A stretch of 53,781 bases of DNA, counting the filler, from Sphacelaria rigidula (lineage: Eukaryota), in assembly GCA_964200075.2 (NCBI GenBank). It is 5 parts of 5 records of this genome, joined end to end, with 100 filler letters (N's around TTAATTAATTAA, not from the genome) between each part and the next. Parts side by side here need not be neighbours in the genome. Positions count along the whole stretch, not along the records: positions 43,107 to 53,781 come from CAXNAA020006099.1; 4 more parts are not named here. The stretch is one strand, 5' to 3'. Position 1 is the stretch's first letter. Each line of letters opens with the position of its first letter. The notes beneath the pieces are model-generated. The model was not told the origin of the DNA and ran no database searches. It worked only from the letters and a program-made list of their open reading frames with translations. Of this stretch, positions 48,901 through 53,781 are shown one piece after another. Made by a program: the position numbers and the translations under genes.

Positions 48901-49464
48901 GATCATGGGGGGAAGACACTCGAGCGCACCATGCGCTGTTCCTGTTGGCAGAAAATGGTGATATATTCCAGCTCTGACGTCTCTTGGTCGGTGAGTTGTC
49001 CTAACCCTTGAGGAAACCAAAGCTTCCCACACGTTGTGCAACGCGTGTTCGCATTTCACCTTTTCCACGTGTGAATTTAGCCCTCTTGATGGTTCGCTGT
49101 CCCGAGCACCTGGAGCGGCGCGCCGCCACAGAGACAGCTGGAGGTAGCCGGCAAGCAAGACCATATACATCAACAGCAAAACCGAAGCGCCTGTAGACTC
49201 GTTCCATCGTTCTCATGTCCGTAACAATAAGAGGTACACCGACACCGAGACAGTCCAACGGATGTCGTACCGAAACTTACCCAAAGCACGCTCGAAACAT
49301 GCCTTCCGAATTGATATCGTATCACGTCGATTGGGTGAATCGTGGGTTCCCGATTGGGGGTAAATTATCCACCATTCTCCCGTTGCATTCGCACGGGGTT
49401 TTTGCGCCTGCTTTTTTCGACAATGTCTAGTCGGAAGTAACAGTGGGCGGGGGATAAGGGACGC

Positions 49465-49766
49465 TTTTTTTGTCGCACCTTGAACCCCTCCTCTTCCTCG
49501 GGACGAGTCCGTGGTTTCAAGGGATCATCCCATCTCTCTCCCGGCACACGCCTTGCACTTTGGTCTCGCGGATTGGGTCAGCACTCCCGCACCACGTTGA
49601 GTCGGGTCAAACAAACTCAAACGACTGCTTTGTTTACTCACGTTCCCACGCTTTCCGCGGTGGAAATCACGTATTACGAAGAAAAAGTCCAACGCATCGG
49701 GAATCGAACCCTTGTTCTTCCCATCCTCATGGCGACAGTCGGACCATTACACCACCGGGGCGCGGC
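49465..49766 (-). mobile_element. tRNA-derived SINE family A, copy 3
   Basis: A box TGGTGTAATGG and B box GGTTCGATTCC, same body and A-tail. Lies ~210 bp upstream of the eIF3c ATG. Confidence 0.78.
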
Positions 49767-49979
49767 GGCACGGTGTATCGCTCATGACGTCGTTCCGCTC
49801 AAAAATGGTGCTGCCAAAGCGCCGAAACGATATGATGCTGCATGAAAACGATGACACGACGCAGCGCTTCTAGCGCTAACGCTGACTCGAATATCTGCTG
49901 GCATAACTCTGACTCCCTGTCGTGATCGCATTTCAGCCGTGCCCCTTCAACCCTCATGCTTCCCTAAACTACGCAGACA

Positions 49980-50132
49980 ATGGCATCCAAATTCTGGGCT
50001 CACGAATCCGGGGCGTCGGGGTCGGATTCCGATTCCGATTCCGATTCTGACTCCTCTATGGGAGGAGCAGGCGCCGGCGCCGGCGCGCGAAGGCAGTGGG
50101 CCGTAGACTCTGACAGCGAGTCGGAAGAGGAG
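49980..50132 (+). CDS. EIF3C: Eukaryotic translation initiation factor 3 subunit C, exon 1
   Basis: ATG at 49980. Translates MASKFWAHESGASGSDSDSDSDSDSS...AVDSDSESEEE, the acidic Ser-rich eIF3c N-terminus. Donor GAG|gtaagc, phase 0. Confidence 0.9.
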
Positions 50133-52181
50133 GTAAGCATGCACAGTGCATACATCGCTTCCAGGCGTTAAGGGGGGGGGGGGGGGCACGGTGATGCCAT
50201 GAGCGAACTATTGTGCAGTTTCACCGTGTAAGTCAAAGGTATCTACTGCACATATGTTCATCAGGTCATGGGACAGACTTGCGATGTGTGCAAAGCTCAG
50301 CAAACAGTTGACGTCTGCGTGTCTTACAGTATAACATTGTCAACATGACTGTAAAGTGGGGGGGTAGGGTTGGAGTTTGAAACCAGGTCTTCATCTTTGA
50401 AGATATATGTACATGGCAATTAGAATGTTTTTTTGAGGCTGGACGTCCTGCTCAATCGTCGGTTTTTATTCGAAGAAACTTTTGCAAAAGTGGAACTTCG
50501 CGTGTGGACCATGTAGGAGGAAGTTGTTTCGTTTTTCTTTATACAACCACGTGTTACTTTATTGGAGCGGGAAAATATTACTCTCGATAAGGTGTCTCTT
50601 CACGCTTTTTGGGGGGTGACGGGGCAGGGGGCGTACTCATTTGTTGCTTGCCTTGGTTGTTTGACCACTATGCATCCATTTCGAGACGGAGCACCGTTCC
50701 TACTCTTGATAAAGACACCTCCAATACGCCGATATTACGCTCCCTCCATAGGATACCTTTCACATATCTCCGTCTGCGTCATTGGGGGTGGGTGGGAAGA
50801 AGGTGCTCATCTCTCAATTATGCCTCCAAGGGACCCAGGGAGCATCTTTCGATGTGCAACGAAAATACACATGCTTTGAGGAACAGCACTGGACGGCAGA
50901 AAACCAGTGCTGGTGGTGAAAACCTCGATAAGCACCTAGCCACGACCACCCCCGTTTGTTCGAGGGTAGCGACGCTATTAAAGAAAGGGCTAGGTCAAGC
51001 CAGCTTGTAATCCATGCGAACGCTTGCCACCTTCCAGTTGCCTATCGAATGATGGGTCAGAGTAATGAAGGAGGCTAATTTTTCCTGTCGATGAAAGGTG
51101 CAATGTAAGCAAGTGGCGCTCGTTTGTGGTGCGGAAAAAATAAATGCATGGTTTTGCCCTATCTTGCCCTTGAGTACACAAACATGGATTTTCAGGGCTT
51201 AGACAACACTACTTTGCTCCGAGCGTAGTCCGTGCTAAGCTGTGCGTACACAAGGCTGGCTACAACTGTAGCCCATCCACTACTTGAGAATCTACGGCAA
51301 TCCTACGGCTATCATCCAGCTGCGAAGACCGACTGTAATACGTGTAATGTGCTAATCATTATTCATTCCGGCAGCGCTGCCTTTCAAGTTGATGTTACGC
51401 ACAAGAAGTTACCAGGCGGGCTCTTCTGGCTCGCTGGACAGCCCAAAGGAGGAGTATTGTTGCCACAGTCCTAGGAGTGCATGACATTCGCCGCGGCTCT
51501 GACTGCTGTTACACGTTTGCCCATGAGTGCAGGACGATTCGTGTTGTGTGTGGGGTGTTTTTCTAGTCAACATGGGAGCCAGTGAGGGGGCTTTGATTAT
51601 ACGGCGGAGCTCTTGGAATATAACCAAACGTAAATAACCCATACGAAAAGTGACAACACTCTTCGAGGCTTGAAGCACTTTTTTGGACAAATGAAAATTC
51701 GGCATTCAAAAGAAAAACGCCCCTTGGCAAATCAAAAACTTTGTGCTAATATATCTTATTGCCCTAACGAGTGGTATCAATAGGTGTCTACTGCAACATA
51801 TGTGCATGACTTGAGTGAGAGGCTTGCTGTCTCCAAGATAGCGTTCGACTGGATTCAAGTACCACATTCTCTACGTTCTCTTTACTGCGTGATCCACAAG
51901 CGTGGCTTCAACACTCCCGTTCTTTTTTTCTATGCAAGCACGGGTACCTGGGTACCCTTTCCTTGTGTCGTCTATATGAGCGGTACGATGTACGACGGAA
52001 TCGTGGGTGTGATGGCAGTTGTAGCGGTGTAGCTGTTCTCGGAGACCTACGGCCTGGTCCAGCCACAGGTGAGGAGTGAAACGATGTGCGTAAATGGTGT
52101 CTAGTGTGGCTTGCGAGCATTGGTGAAACGGATTTAACGCGTCATGTTTGGATTCCAATTGTTGTTGGGCTACTTCCCCAG

Positions 52182-52328
52182 GTACGCGTGGTGAGGTCAG
52201 CCAAAGATCGGTCGTTCGAGGCAATCCGGACGTCGGTGGTGAAGATCCGTAACCACATCAAGATCAACGACTGGAACGGTATCCAGGCAGACTTCGACGA
52301 ATGCAACAAGCATGTCGACAAAAGCAAG
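52182..52328 (+). CDS. EIF3C: Eukaryotic translation initiation factor 3 subunit C, exon 2 (gene continues beyond the window)
   Basis: ttccccag|GTA...AAG|gtgtgt, 147 nt. Translates VRVVRSAKDRSFEAIRTSVVKIRNHIKINDWNGIQADFDECNKHVDKSK, matching the conserved eIF3c/NIP1 pattern 'RVVRSAKDKRFEE...I.N..KI.DW'. Confidence 0.93.
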
Positions 52329-53781
52329 GTGTGTACAACAGATGAAATTTATGGCACGAGACAGGTCTAAATCAGGCACTGGTTCGAGTACTCCATTGAT
52401 TTGTCTCGCTCATGAGGTGTGAGCCCGCTCCACATATGCAGCCGTTGCAACAAAAATGGACATTTCCTATTATAGGTAAACTTGATGACCGGAAACACTC
52501 GCGATAGGACGCCTGAGAAAGGGTACAGTGAGAAATGGAGAAAACGTTACCGTCGGAGTGAACTGAAGTACTCCGTCTTCCCATTCGAGTGTTTCATTGT
52601 TGGTGCTGAAGATGTGTGCCATGCACAAATGTGCTAGGCAGAGCCGGCGCTTCCCGGTGATGTCAGAGGTACATCAAGTCTAGTTAGGGTGGATGATGCC
52701 GGTTCAAATACCGATATACGTTTTTTTTCCCGGCAAAATGTCGTGTGCGTCGTCGGAAACGTGGTGAGGTGAGTAGCAAAAACATTGGGATGACTGTCGA
52801 CGCGGTACGAGAGTACTCATCTCATGTGGTACTCAAAGACCACGACATGTTTCGATGGGTTGATCCGTTAGACTACCACCACTGACCAGTGGCGAAAAAG
52901 GGGGGGTTGAAGGAGAGACATTAGGAAAGAACAAAAGGGACTGCGCAAGGTGGTGCAGCAGTAGTTTCCGACAGTTGAACAGCGCAGTACAGCCGAGTAC
53001 AATATTCAAAATCGTCTGGCCGTTTAATGCCGAGGGGCCTTGGGTAGAGTTTTGAAGGAGCGGTCTTGAATCCTCTCTCAATGGACACGCTTGAAGTATA
53101 CGGACGATTTTCACAAAACATTTACGAGGTGGCCACATCCAGGTCACACTACTGACCACTGTGTGGAGCACGGCGCATGAGGCACCCACGCCTGTCTCTG
53201 AATAATGTAAAGGGCTGGAAGAAGACATTTGAGGGAACGAGGGGGCAGCTCTAGTCAAGACGTTCTTGAGAACATATCAACAACGTTGATGGGAGCTGCG
53301 GAACGAGGGCTTGTCCATCTCTACTTTCAGATTCACAGACTGCACAGAATGGATACGGCGCTTCATGCGTCATTCTCCAAATCGCGTTCACTTTTGTGGC
53401 TGCGGCTTAGATGTGGCCCCGTTATGTAGACTGGGATCCGAAAGTTTATGATGATGATTTCATTGGCTCGTTCGATGTTGCAAGCCGTAGGTCTTATCCC
53501 TTCGTTTTGAACGGCAGTTCAAAGCTGTCACACTTGCAACAGCAGTTTCCTACACTTGTTGACGCAATAAGTCTTCGGCAAAGGTGTTGCAGTTTGTCGT
53601 GGGTGTTCCAATTCCAGCCTCTTCCTTCACCTCTTTTTTTCTTATTCGTTATTCAAGTTGCTTGTTTTTTTTCTTCTTCAGTCACCATTTCTTTTTTGTA
53701 CCTTCTCTCCTCCCTCTCCTCCCCTTCCTCTTTCCTCCCCCCTCTGCTATGACCGCTTTCTTCTACTTTGTTTCTTAGTAT

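Noticed and set aside
1..53781. Endogenous giant-virus (phaeovirus) insertion or prokaryotic-type system
   Set aside because: No gene-dense intronless ORF cluster and no capsid, polymerase, ATPase or operon-like signature is recognisable.

Overview
Eukaryotic, repeat-rich genomic DNA with long introns. The short GT-AG exons in multi-kb introns and the style of the repeats suggest a brown alga or related stramenopile; this is inference. Two host genes are supported: three internal minus-strand exons of an amino-acid transporter (Aa_trans/SLC38-like; 20619-20809, 15006-15206, 12699-12800) and the first two plus-strand exons of eIF3 subunit C (49980-50132, 52182-52328). Most other recognisable sequence is transposon-derived: a 3'-truncated decayed Ty1/copia element with a 5' LTR, a PBS and a nested LTR-like insertion; a LINE RT fragment; two tRNA-derived SINE families (5 copies); several MITE/foldback elements; and possible hAT, Plavaka-like and piggyBac transposase relics. 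Four 100-bp N gaps carry an artificial TTAATTAATTAA linker. I found no convincing novel multi-gene system. The best leads are a possible ~8-kb decayed Plavaka-like element with spliced accessory exons, a hAT-type MITE dimer, the SINEs, and a duplicated exon end with its splice donor.
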